Below are positions 39,664 through 49,550 of a stretch of DNA of 64,000 nucleotides, piece by piece. The DNA lies in the NCBI GenBank assembly GCA_902518505.1, contig CABYGG010000006.1, positions 2,313-66,312 on the forward strand. The letters run 5' to 3'. The stretch's first letter is position 1, and every line of letters starts with the position of its first letter. This DNA comes from an uncultured Alphaproteobacteria bacterium (GTDB taxonomy: Bacteria > Pseudomonadota > Alphaproteobacteria > HIMB59). Below the pieces are notes generated by a model. That model saw nothing but the letters and a program-made list of their open reading frames with translations, did no database searches and was not told the DNA's origin. A program made the position numbers and the translations under genes.

Positions 39664-40917
39664 GTGTTAAATATCGTTTATAGTTCTTGGGCTCTATTTA
39701 CAGGTTTTGGATTAATTATGCTTGCACATTCTTTGCAAGGAACCTTGTTAAATATTAATGCCGTATTATTTAATTTCTCCGATTTTGAAATTGGATATGT
39801 CTTTACAGGTTATTTTATAGGTTATTTAGCAAGCTCATATATTTGTCCGAAAATTATCAAAGATGTAGGACATATAAGAGTATTTGCAGCATTCGCATCC
39901 ATTGCTTCCATTACAATTTTATTTCATTGGATTTATGTTCAACCGTATTTTTGGTTTTTTTTAAGATTCCTCACAGGGTTTTCATTGGCAGCAATATATA
40001 TAGTTTGTGAAAGTTGGCTAAATGATCGTGCTGATAATAGAACAAGGGGGAAGCTCATAGGATTTTACATGGTGATATTATACTTCTCAACTAGTGGGGG
40101 TGGTTTGCTAATAAATCTAAAAGAGACTACTGAGGCACACTTATATATTCTAACATCTTTATTAATTTCTTTTGCTTTAGTTCCAATTTTGCTAACTAAA
40201 AAATCAGCACCAGAATTTTCTACACCTAAGTTCATATCTTTAAAAGATCTATATAAAAATTCTCCCATGTCTTTTATAGGTTCTTTTGGTATTGGTATGA
40301 TATATGGAGCATCATTTGGATTAATTGCAGTCTTTGGAGCTAAGTTAGGCTTAAGTATTTTTCAAATTTCTATACTTGTTTTTGTAAATACTTTCATTGG
40401 AGCTTTATTTCAGTATCCGGTTGGTAAACTATCGGATACATTTGATAGAAGAATAATTTTACTGATATTAAATATCATTGCTTTGGTCTCATCTATTTGT
40501 GTAATTATTTTCGGATCTTTTTCATTTAATATTCTTTTATTATTTGTTGGAATACATTCAGCTGTATCTCTTCCTTACTATGCAGTTGTTATTTCTCACC
40601 TAAATGATTTTTTAGAAAAAGATGAGGTTGTTTCTGCTAGCTCAACTCTGACATTAGTTAATGCATTAGGTTTAGTTTTAGGGCCAATTATCGTCTCTGG
40701 ATTTATGTCTTATTTTGATGCCTATGGATTGTTTTATTATTGTGCAATAGTTTATGTTTTTCTTGCTCTATTTACCTATCAAAGAGTAAGAGTTGGAAGA
40801 ACTAGTGATATTTATGATGAGAATACACCATCAATGATTGTGCCTCGCACCGCTTCCGCAATAGGAATGCAAACTGCTACTGAACAAATGATTAGTAAAA
40901 TTGATGAAAAAGAGTAA
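39664..40917 (+). CDS. MFS transporter (YcaD-like)
   Basis: VGHIRVFAAFAS, ESWLND and QYPVGKLSDTFDRR motifs. Confidence 0.88.
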   Translation: MLNIVYSSWALFTGFGLIMLAHSLQGTLLNINAVLFNFSDFEIGYVFTGYFIGYLASSYICPKIIKDVGHIRVFAAFASIASITILFHWIYVQPYFWFFLRFLTGFSLAAIYIVCESWLNDRADNRTRGKLIGFYMVILYFSTSGGGLLINLKETTEAHLYILTSLLISFALVPILLTKKSAPEFSTPKFISLKDLYKNSPMSFIGSFGIGMIYGASFGLIAVFGAKLGLSIFQISILVFVNTFIGALFQYPVGKLSDTFDRRIILLILNIIALVSSICVIIFGSFSFNILLLFVGIHSAVSLPYYAVVISHLNDFLEKDEVVSASSTLTLVNALGLVLGPIIVSGFMSYFDAYGLFYYCAIVYVFLALFTYQRVRVGRTSDIYDENTPSMIVPRTASAIGMQTATEQMISKIDEKE

Positions 40918-40925
40918 TTTTTTAA

Positions 40926-41390
40926 TTGATGGATTTTGAAGCCAAGATAGCTGAATTAGGTCTTTTAATACCAAAACCTGCAAAACCTGCAGGGAGTTAT
41001 AAACCCTGCGTTATTGTTGATAATATTGCATATATATCTGGTCAAGGCCCATTACTTGAGGATGGGTCTTTTGCAAAAGGAAAAGTTGGGGCTGATGTTG
41101 ATCTAGAGACAGCTCAAAATCACGCTAGGCTATGTGGATTAGCTATCTTATCTGCTTTAAACAATGAAATAGGATCAATTAATAAAGTAGATCAATTAAT
41201 AAAACTGACAGGTTTTGTAAATTGTATTGAGAGCTTCACACAGCAGCCTTTAGTAATCAATGGTTGCTCAAATATGATGAAAGATATTTTTGGCGAGACA
41301 GGTGTTCATGCTCGAGCTGCAGTAGGAGTTAATTCTTTACCTCTAGGTTTTACAGTAGAAATTGAGGCAATGTTTAAAATCAAGAGTTAA
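40926..41390 (+). CDS. RidA/YjgF/UK114 family protein
   Basis: YISGQGP and HARAAVGVNSLPLGFTVEIEA motifs. Confidence 0.9.
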   Translation: MMDFEAKIAELGLLIPKPAKPAGSYKPCVIVDNIAYISGQGPLLEDGSFAKGKVGADVDLETAQNHARLCGLAILSALNNEIGSINKVDQLIKLTGFVNCIESFTQQPLVINGCSNMMKDIFGETGVHARAAVGVNSLPLGFTVEIEAMFKIKS

Positions 41391-41454
41391 TTTCTTAATT
41401 GACAATTAATTAAATTTAGCAAAATATTAATTATTAATGCTTGGAGTTTGAATT

Positions 41455-42579
41455 ATGGATTTTCATTTTGAAAACAATACTATTAAGATAATCCATCAAA
41501 ATAAGACATTTCATTTGCATCCCATTTGGTTAAGAGAGAGACTACCGGGTGAAAAGTATTTTGATTTAGATACTAATCAAAGATTATATGAGCCATCCTC
41601 TATTGACTTAAAGTTGAAAATTGAAAATTGTAAATTAACAGATAACAAACTTGATGTTGAATTTAATGATGGGGCACAAGGTCAATATCGTTTAGATGAT
41701 CTTTTGATTGAAATGGATGAAGAAAAAAATAAAAGAGGGCCCTTACCAAAAAGAATTTTATGGAATTCTCAACTAGAAGATTTACCTGAAGCTATTTTTG
41801 AAGTAGATATGGTTGAACAAGAATCTATGTATAATCTTCTTATAGATTTTTATAAATATGGATTTGTTATTATTAAAAATGTACCAACTGAGAGTAAGTA
41901 TATTTTAAAATTTGTAAATTCAATCGGCCCAGTTAAGGTCACAAATTTTGGAGAATTTTTTGATGTGATGTCTAAACCAAATCCAAATGACTTAGCCTAT
42001 AAACCTATTGCATTACCGCCTCATACTGATAACCCTTACAGAAAACCAGAAGCACCCGGGATACAGTTTTTGCATTGTTTAAAAAATGAAGTGAGTGGTG
42101 GTTTTTCTACACTTGTTGATGGTTTTTCAGTTGCAGAATATATCAAATTAAATGAGCCAGAAGCATTTGAGTCTTTAACTAAAACAAATTTACGTTACCG
42201 ATTTCAAGATAAAGATATAATTTTAGAAAATTGGGGAGAGTTAATTGAATTAGACAAGGATGGCGACTATAAGCAAGTCAGGTATAGTACTAGAGTTGAT
42301 TACGTGCCACCTTTAGAAAATGAAAAGTTAGAGAGTTTTTACAAAGCGAGAAAATTATTAGGAGATTTATACACTTCATCTGACTTCGAGATAAAATTTA
42401 AGCTCTCACCAGGAGATGTCATGATGTTTGATAACCATAGACTTCTCCATGGAAGAACCTCTTATGACTCGAGTGAGGGAGCTAGACATTTACAAGGTTG
42501 TTATTTAGAATTTGATTCAACCGATGGAAAACTGAGACATTTATATGAAAAATATCATCTAAGTGAGACAAATTTATGA
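41455..42579 (+). CDS. Fe(II)/2-oxoglutarate dioxygenase, gamma-butyrobetaine hydroxylase/TmpA-like
   Basis: HPIWLRE N-terminal domain, PHTDNPYR (HxD), FDNHRLLHGR, RHLQGCY. Confidence 0.88.
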   Translation: MDFHFENNTIKIIHQNKTFHLHPIWLRERLPGEKYFDLDTNQRLYEPSSIDLKLKIENCKLTDNKLDVEFNDGAQGQYRLDDLLIEMDEEKNKRGPLPKRILWNSQLEDLPEAIFEVDMVEQESMYNLLIDFYKYGFVIIKNVPTESKYILKFVNSIGPVKVTNFGEFFDVMSKPNPNDLAYKPIALPPHTDNPYRKPEAPGIQFLHCLKNEVSGGFSTLVDGFSVAEYIKLNEPEAFESLTKTNLRYRFQDKDIILENWGELIELDKDGDYKQVRYSTRVDYVPPLENEKLESFYKARKLLGDLYTSSDFEIKFKLSPGDVMMFDNHRLLHGRTSYDSSEGARHLQGCYLEFDSTDGKLRHLYEKYHLSETNL

Positions 42580-43181
42580 ATGAGAAAAATGTAAAATTTA
42601 AACATATGAAAGATGGAGATAAAGAAGATTATCTATTGCTCCAAAAATATGAGGAAAAGTATGTTTCTTTGACATATGAAAGAATAATCGAAGAACTTAC
42701 AAGACAAGGAAAAAATACTATGGAGGGTTACAAGATAACAAGATTAGATCATGGCCTACAATCAGCTACTAGAGCTTATAATGATGGAGCTGACATTGAT
42801 TGGATTGTTGGTGCCTTACTTCATGATATTGGAGATGGGCTTGCTCCTCAAAATCACGATAGGTTTTCTGCTGAAGTTATAAGACCTTATGTAAGAGATG
42901 AAATAACATGGGTGATTGAGCATCATGGAATTTTTCAAATGATTTACTATGCACATCATTATGGATGGGATAAAAATGCCAGAGATAAATTTAAAGATAA
43001 TATTTATTTCCAAACTTGCGCAGATTTCTGTGAAAGATGGGATCAAAAATCTTTTGATCCCGAATATAAAAATAAAGATCTAGATTTTTTTAAACCTTTG
43101 ATTAAAGAGGTATTTAGCAGACCTCCCTACAAAGATGAATACATAAAAAAAAATGAAGTTTTAGGTTTACCAAAAGTTTAA
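42576..43181 (+). CDS. HD-domain protein with diiron ligand set (PhnZ/TmpB/MIOX superfamily)
   Basis: RLDHGLQ, ALLHDIGD, NHD, IEHHG and RWDQ give H-HD-H-H-D; ATGA overlap with the dioxygenase. Confidence 0.8.
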   Translation: MNEKNVKFKHMKDGDKEDYLLLQKYEEKYVSLTYERIIEELTRQGKNTMEGYKITRLDHGLQSATRAYNDGADIDWIVGALLHDIGDGLAPQNHDRFSAEVIRPYVRDEITWVIEHHGIFQMIYYAHHYGWDKNARDKFKDNIYFQTCADFCERWDQKSFDPEYKNKDLDFFKPLIKEVFSRPPYKDEYIKKNEVLGLPKV

Positions 43182-43221
43182 ATCTATAAATCCAGATAAT
43201 TTAAAGTAAGTATAAATTATC

Positions 43222-43746
43222 ATGAGAATTTTCTTGATAACTTTGAGTATTTTACTCACAAGCGTAGGGAGCATTATGGCGAAAAACTTATATAACTTTA
43301 GTATTCAAGATATTGATGGAAATACAGTTAATCTTGATAAATTTAAGGGTAAACCCATTCTTCTTGTTAATACGGCTAGTAGATGTGGTTTCACAAAACA
43401 ATACGCTAATCTATCCAATCTTCATCGTGAGTATTTTGAAAAGAATTTAGTAATAATTGGAACTCCTTCAAATAGTTTTCACCAAGAATTGAGCAACAAT
43501 GAGGAAATTAAAGAATTTTGTTTAGTTAATTATGAAACCAAATTTATTATATCAGAAATTATTAGTGTTGTTGGTGAAAATGCTCATCCAATATACAGCT
43601 GGATGACATCTAAATATAATGAAACTCCTAAGTGGAATTTTTATAAGTATCTCTTTGATGGAGAGGGTCAATTAGTTAAAAGTTGGTCATCTATGACCAA
43701 ACCTGATAGTACAAAAATCACTTCTGTTATTGATAAATTAATCTAA
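43222..43746 (+). CDS. Glutathione peroxidase family (Cys type), signal-peptide-like N-terminus
   Basis: LVNTASRCGFT, PSNSFHQE and PKWNFYKYL motifs. Confidence 0.92.
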   Translation: MRIFLITLSILLTSVGSIMAKNLYNFSIQDIDGNTVNLDKFKGKPILLVNTASRCGFTKQYANLSNLHREYFEKNLVIIGTPSNSFHQELSNNEEIKEFCLVNYETKFIISEIISVVGENAHPIYSWMTSKYNETPKWNFYKYLFDGEGQLVKSWSSMTKPDSTKITSVIDKLI

Positions 43747-43860
43747 CTTTCATATATAAATAATTTCAAAAACAAAAATACTTTTTATAAAATGTTTTTA
43801 TTTAGTTTAAATTTATATATCACAATAAGAAAATTGAAATTTTGTATTTTTTGAACAATA

Positions 43861-44814
43861 TTAATCCTTGTTGTGATCTTTTAAATATTGCGAACTTGTT
43901 TCAGATCCAATCGCACTAGCGATAATATTACCAACTTTAAGGCCAAAAATTTTGATAATTAAATTTTTAAAAAATTTAAGGAAATTTTTAAAAATCTTTT
44001 CATGAAAGTTATGCTTAACCACTTTGAAAAAAGAAGCATTACCAATATATTCATAAACATCATTGATAGCTTTATTAATTTCATTTTCAAGTAAATGTTT
44101 GTCTTTTTTTTTTATAAGTATGATATTAAACGAATTAGAGTATTCAAAATCTCTAAATATTGTCTTATAGCCTTTACTAATTAAATAATTTTCAATTTCT
44201 TCAGCGTACCAAGATTGATTTTTAAATATATTGTTTTTTTCAATTTCAATTTTTATTACTTTACAATTTTTATTTTTTATTAAATCTTTTCCACCTGTTA
44301 ATACTTCTTTTTGCATACCTTCTACGTCTATCCATAAAGCTGTGTGTTGATTAGTAAATTTTAAATTGTTATTAAGATGATCTAAAGTGGTTATAGGAAC
44401 TTCGATCTGTACGTTTTTTATTAATTTTTTAAAGTGTTTATGTTTTTTTGAGGGTTGAAGAAATGTAGAGTATCCAGCAATATTGAGATGCTCAGGACAA
44501 TTTAATTTAAGAACAGTTACTTTATCACTTAAACCAATATTAATTTTAGTAAATTTGTTGTTTGACTTCATTATGATTTTTTTAAAAGCAATTGGATTAG
44601 GTTCAATCGCTATCGTATTAAATCCCATTTTATTAGCTTTGAATGAAGTTGCTCCAATATTGGCACCACAATCTATAAAATTTATAATTGAAAATTTATT
44701 ACAAATATCAAAAAATAATTTATCCAAACGGCTAGCACTTAATTTACTAATATAAAACTCAGTTAATTTTGGAAAAATTTTGTAAGTTAAAGTTGATCTT
44801 TTAAAAATTATCAT
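43861..44814 (-). CDS. FkbM family methyltransferase
   Basis: FIDCGANIG, AIEPNP and LWIDVEG motifs. Confidence 0.85.
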   Translation of the reverse strand: MIIFKRSTLTYKIFPKLTEFYISKLSASRLDKLFFDICNKFSIINFIDCGANIGATSFKANKMGFNTIAIEPNPIAFKKIIMKSNNKFTKINIGLSDKVTVLKLNCPEHLNIAGYSTFLQPSKKHKHFKKLIKNVQIEVPITTLDHLNNNLKFTNQHTALWIDVEGMQKEVLTGGKDLIKNKNCKVIKIEIEKNNIFKNQSWYAEEIENYLISKGYKTIFRDFEYSNSFNIILIKKKDKHLLENEINKAINDVYEYIGNASFFKVVKHNFHEKIFKNFLKFFKNLIIKIFGLKVGNIIASAIGSETSSQYLKDHNKD

Positions 44815-44864
44815 TTTTATCTTTAATATAAATTACGTAATTCAGTTGTTGGCATATCCTATAT

Positions 44865-45755
44865 ATGTATTATTTTATCTTAAAACATATTTCATTAAAA
44901 AATCAGAATATTACAAGAATGAATAAATATTTAAAAATGCATAATTTAAAGAGCTTTTTTTTTCTATTTAAAATACATCATTGGGTAAAAAATTTTTCAA
45001 TATTTTTGCCAGTATTTGCTGCAAATTCACTTAATTTTTTTTATTTTAATCAATATATTATTCATTTCGTAATTTTTTCTATTGCTAGCTCTATTGTTTA
45101 TTTTTTTAATAATATTTATGATTATGAAAAGGACCTTCAAAATAAAAAATTAAATTACTCATTTAATATTTATAAAAAAAAAAATTATTATATTTATGGA
45201 TTAATTTTTTTAAGCTATTTTAATTCTAAAATATCATCGATAATTATTTGTTATATTGGTCTATCAATTTTATATAATTTATTCTTAAAAAAAATTAAGT
45301 ATATAGATATTCTTACAATTGCCAGTTTTCATTTAATTAGAATTTATTATGGATCAGTGGTTTTTGAAATTGAAATTACTAATTATTTTTTTATTTTTTG
45401 TCTTTCTGTATTTTTAATGATTGGTTCAAACAAAAGACTTTATGAAATAGATCATGACTTTGTTAATAGACCTTATAATCAAATTGATAATAAAATACTA
45501 AAATTTCTTCAATTAATATTTGGATTGGTTTCAATTATAACTTTCTTATTATACATTTTAGACACGAGCAATAATATCGTATTTCAAAATATATATTTAT
45601 CAATTCTAAATCTTTTTTTATTAATTTTTATAATAATAAATTTCCTATACATCCAAAAAAATAAGGTACAAGATGTTGTAATATTCATTTACAGTAATAA
45701 ATTGAATTTAGTTTTAGTTTTATTATTCTTTAGCATTTTTAGCTTTAATTTATAA
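44865..45755 (+). CDS. UbiA-family prenyltransferase (decaprenyl-phosphate phosphoribosyltransferase-like), divergent
   Basis: HHWVKN, SSIVYFFNNIYD, IDILTIASFHLIRIYYG and NKR motifs. Start uncertain. Confidence 0.6.
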   Translation: MYYFILKHISLKNQNITRMNKYLKMHNLKSFFFLFKIHHWVKNFSIFLPVFAANSLNFFYFNQYIIHFVIFSIASSIVYFFNNIYDYEKDLQNKKLNYSFNIYKKKNYYIYGLIFLSYFNSKISSIIICYIGLSILYNLFLKKIKYIDILTIASFHLIRIYYGSVVFEIEITNYFFIFCLSVFLMIGSNKRLYEIDHDFVNRPYNQIDNKILKFLQLIFGLVSIITFLLYILDTSNNIVFQNIYLSILNLFLLIFIIINFLYIQKNKVQDVVIFIYSNKLNLVLVLLFFSIFSFNL

Positions 45756-46310
45756 CTTTTTTAAAATTAGAAAATAATGATCATATAATAAGATTCTTTT
45801 ATGATATTTGTTTATGATTTTACAATTAATATCTAAATTTTTTTCAAAATTACCGAAATCGAAATAATTTATAATTTGCTTTGAAATCAAAAAATCATGA
45901 AGAGAATTCCAAAATTTAGTTATAAAATTTCTAGGATAAATATCTTTAATGATAAGAATGTCTCCATTTTTCATTTTTAAAATTATATTTTCAAGAAAAA
46001 ATATTTGTTTTTTTTTTGGTAAATGATGGAGTAAATCAATAATCATAAAGGTATTATAGTTACTAATATCTCTATTAATAAAATTTAAACAGTCTGATTG
46101 AATGTAATTTATATTATCTTCATTACTATGTGCAGGAACAGTCATATCTACTCCTAAATATTGAATAAAATCTTTTAAGTATTTTGTTAAGACTCCTTTT
46201 CCACAACCTAGGTCTAAAATATATGCATTATTTGGAATCCATTTAACAATTTCATATACTGGTAAAATAAGAGGTCTTAATTTAAAGTAAATTTTTTTAG
46301 GAATTGCCAT
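45750..46310 (-). CDS. Class I SAM-dependent methyltransferase
   Basis: ILDLGCGKG, IDLLHHL and LIIKDI motifs. Confidence 0.85.
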   Translation of the reverse strand: MAIPKKIYFKLRPLILPVYEIVKWIPNNAYILDLGCGKGVLTKYLKDFIQYLGVDMTVPAHSNEDNINYIQSDCLNFINRDISNYNTFMIIDLLHHLPKKKQIFFLENIILKMKNGDILIIKDIYPRNFITKFWNSLHDFLISKQIINYFDFGNFEKNLDINCKIINKYHKRILLYDHYFLILKKL

Positions 46311-48139
46311 TTAAATTTATGTTTAACTAGTATATCCAAAATCATAGTTAATGAAATAAACCAATACATCCAATAGTATCTTTCATTCATATCAAACCAA
46401 AATAAAGTCAGAAATTGTGTTATTAGTATAATTTTGAAATAATTATTCAACTTAGGTATAAAAATTAAAATTAAAAAAGGAAGATTAATTGACACTATTC
46501 TATCTAAATAGAATTCAATATCCTTTGATAATATATTCTCTAAGCTAAGTATTCTAGACCCATAGCCAGTAAACAAAGTAAGTGAATTACCAAAATAGTA
46601 ATTATGTATTAAAGGGAACAAGTATATTGATGAAATTAAAGTCAAATAAATTAATTTTTTTAAATTAAAAATATTTACTCTTTCAATAATTGTTTTGATT
46701 AGAACAATTAAAACTATTGATACAACCAGATTGGGTCTCAAAAAAACGGAAATTGCAAATAATAAATTCATTTGCACGTAATTCTCTTTAAAATTGTTTA
46801 AAAACATTGTCAGGCCAAAAATAAAAAACATATAACCCAGAGACTCTGGAAATAATCGATATGCATGTCTGATATATTGATAATAACTAAATCCTAAATG
46901 ATGAAATAATGGAATTAATAAAAAGGAAATAGTAACTATATATGCAATTTTATTATTAAATCGAACATTAAAAAAATTAAAAATAATTTTTGGCAGGAAA
47001 AATAAAATGAAAAAGTATAGGTAATAGAAATCCCCTGATATAATTTGATTTATAAATAAGAAATATCTTAATCCAGGTGTAAAATAAAATACGTTCTCAC
47101 CACCTCTAATGAAACCTAAAATGTTTCCATTTATAAAGTTATAGTATAAATCATTAACAAAATTGATATATGTTAAACCATCACCACCCTCGAAACCGAA
47201 AAAATAAAAATTAAATAAATTAAATACTCCAAACCATAAATCAAACTTTGATATAAAAAAAATAATAAATACGCTTATTAATGTAGGAATAAAGAGTTTT
47301 AAGTTATTTTTTAATTTTAAGTAATTAATGTTTGATATCAAAATTATTAAAAAAATTAATAATAATACCTCATCAGTGTATTCATCGAAATAACTACTTT
47401 TTTTTGAATATATTTCTAGGTTATTACTTTTAGTACTGAAACCAACTAATTCTTTGATATTTAAGTTATTTGAGATGCAATATAAGTCATCTGTATCAAA
47501 GACTTTATTTTTCCTATCTTCATATTCAACTATTAAGTAACCTTTAAAGCAAATTTCTTTTAGTGTGTTTAAATTTGTAAATTTTATTATGTATGGTGTT
47601 TCAAATTTATGAATATAATTTGGGTTTATTCTTCCATCTCTGGTATTTACAAATGGCGCCCTTAAATTTCCTAAATTCTTAAAACTTATTTTAGATATTT
47701 TTCTCGTGAAATTATCATTAATATTCAAGAGAAATTGATCAGGTGATGTAATTATTCTATTTTCAAATTCGCCGTTATTATAACAATCACTAATTTCCAA
47801 AATACACTTTTCGTTATCATTTAAATATTTTGTTTTTATTAATGAGTATTTTTCTTTACCTATAATTTTTTCATAAAACTCTTCAGAACTTGAGGTAATT
47901 TTTAGTATTGTAGAAACTTCAAAAATAGTTTTCTTTTCATTAAATAAAAAAAAAATAGATAAAAAAACTAAAATTGTAAAAAAAATTTTTTTTTTAATTT
48001 TTTTTTGATCTACATAAATTAATAATAAGCTAATTATTATAAAAAATGCTCCTTTTATTGGTAATTCTATATCTAGAAATCTTAATATAATAAAAAAAAT
48101 TGCAATGAAATAAATATTTGGATTTAAAAGCTTACTCAT
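46277..48139 (-). CDS. Large membrane protein, probable GT-C fold glycosyltransferase
   Basis: N-terminal TMs, a periplasmic loop, then many TMs; FEGGDGLTY, YFTPGLRY and FLRPN motifs. Confidence 0.55.
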   Translation of the reverse strand: MSKLLNPNIYFIAIFFIILRFLDIELPIKGAFFIIISLLLIYVDQKKIKKKIFFTILVFLSIFFLFNEKKTIFEVSTILKITSSSEEFYEKIIGKEKYSLIKTKYLNDNEKCILEISDCYNNGEFENRIITSPDQFLLNINDNFTRKISKISFKNLGNLRAPFVNTRDGRINPNYIHKFETPYIIKFTNLNTLKEICFKGYLIVEYEDRKNKVFDTDDLYCISNNLNIKELVGFSTKSNNLEIYSKKSSYFDEYTDEVLLLIFLIILISNINYLKLKNNLKLFIPTLISVFIIFFISKFDLWFGVFNLFNFYFFGFEGGDGLTYINFVNDLYYNFINGNILGFIRGGENVFYFTPGLRYFLFINQIISGDFYYLYFFILFFLPKIIFNFFNVRFNNKIAYIVTISFLLIPLFHHLGFSYYQYIRHAYRLFPESLGYMFFIFGLTMFLNNFKENYVQMNLLFAISVFLRPNLVVSIVLIVLIKTIIERVNIFNLKKLIYLTLISSIYLFPLIHNYYFGNSLTLFTGYGSRILSLENILSKDIEFYLDRIVSINLPFLILIFIPKLNNYFKIILITQFLTLFWFDMNERYYWMYWFISLTMILDILVKHKFKWQFLKKFTLN

Positions 48140-48213
48140 TGAAAGACTATCTTATATAAATAATCTTAGATACTAAACTTTTTATAAATAATAAAATTCT
48201 GATTTTTTTAAAT

Positions 48214-48241
48214 AAAAAAGGGCGCAAAGTGCGCCCTTTTT
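48214..48241. terminator. Bidirectional intrinsic terminator downstream of amtB
   Basis: AAAAAGGGCGCA-AAG-TGCGCCCTTTTT. Confidence 0.88.
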
Positions 48242-48260
48242 AGGAGTACTATAATTAGAT

Positions 48261-49541
48261 TTATTTAAATTCTGGATAAGCGTCTGTGGTAAGTTCTGCA
48301 CTGTCAAGACCAGAAGCTTCAGTCTCTTCAGACACTCTTAAGCCTACAGTACCTTTTAATATATAAAAGAATATACCGCTAACTGGTACAACCAGAACAC
48401 CTGCAGCTATTATTCCTATTAACTGAACTATGAAATCACCACTACCAAAGATACCGACAGCTAATGTTCCCCATATACCTGCAACTAAGTGAGCAGAAAT
48501 TGCTCCAACAACATCATCGATTTTCATTTTATCTAGCATTGGGATAGCAATTGTGCAAAGGATACCGCCAATAGCACCTACGATCATTGATAGGAAATGG
48601 TTACTCAAATCAGGACCGGCAGTAATTGCTACAAGGCCAGCAATGGCACCATTTAATGCAATTGATAAGTCAATCTTTTTATACATTAATTGAGATAAAA
48701 TGATTGCAGCTACAACACCACCACAAGCAGCGATATTGGTATTTACAACTACTATTGACATTGCGGACGCATCAGCAGCACTACCTAGAGCTAATTGAGA
48801 TCCACCATTAAAACCAAACCATCCAAACCAAAGGATGAAGGTTCCAAGACAAGCTAAAGGCATGTTTGCTCCTGCAATTGGAGTAATTTTACCATCTTTA
48901 CCATATTTACCAGCTCTAGGTCCTAGAATTAAGCAACCTGTTAATGCGGCCCAGCCACCAACTGAATGAACAATTGTAGAACCAGCAAAATCAGAAAAGC
49001 CCATTTCTGTGAGCCATCCACCGCCCCAAGTCCATGAACCATAAATTGGGTAAATAATTCCTGTCATAAATGCAGCGAATATCATAAACGGCCATACTTT
49101 AATTCTCTCTGCACAAGCACCAGAGACAATTGAAATTGCTGTTGCACAGAATACCATTTGGAAGAACCAATCTGATGCTAAAGAGTAGCCACCCTCTTCA
49201 GTTGCAGCTGTTAAATCATCAGCAGTATCGTAAAACATACCACCTAATGAACCTATCCAACCTGAAACATCTACATACATTAAACTGTAACCGATTAAAT
49301 AAAACATTATTCCTGCAATTGAGTATAAAGCTATATTTTTTAATAAAATTGCTGATGTGTTTTTTTTACGAACAAATCCAGCTTCTAACATGGCAAAACC
49401 TAATGCCATGAACATCACTAAGACTCCACTAAAAACAAATAAAAATGTATTAAATACAAAAGCTGTTTCAGCAGATACTTCCGCACTTGCAACTCCAGAG
49501 AAAAGCAAAGTAGGGATTAAGAAAGTTAATATTTTTTTCAT
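48261..49541 (-). CDS. amtB: Ammonium transporter
   Basis: FFQMVF, DFAGSTIVHSVGG, WFGWFGFNGGS and DDVVGAISAH motifs. Confidence 0.97.
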   Translation of the reverse strand: MKKILTFLIPTLLFSGVASAEVSAETAFVFNTFLFVFSGVLVMFMALGFAMLEAGFVRKKNTSAILLKNIALYSIAGIMFYLIGYSLMYVDVSGWIGSLGGMFYDTADDLTAATEEGGYSLASDWFFQMVFCATAISIVSGACAERIKVWPFMIFAAFMTGIIYPIYGSWTWGGGWLTEMGFSDFAGSTIVHSVGGWAALTGCLILGPRAGKYGKDGKITPIAGANMPLACLGTFILWFGWFGFNGGSQLALGSAADASAMSIVVVNTNIAACGGVVAAIILSQLMYKKIDLSIALNGAIAGLVAITAGPDLSNHFLSMIVGAIGGILCTIAIPMLDKMKIDDVVGAISAHLVAGIWGTLAVGIFGSGDFIVQLIGIIAAGVLVVPVSGIFFYILKGTVGLRVSEETEASGLDSAELTTDAYPEFK

Positions 49542-49550
49542 TGGATCTCC

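Noticed and set aside
16196-43746. Possible selenocysteine (UGA) recoding in selD, msrB or the glutathione peroxidase
   Set aside because: All three are uninterrupted ORFs with Cys at the catalytic positions.
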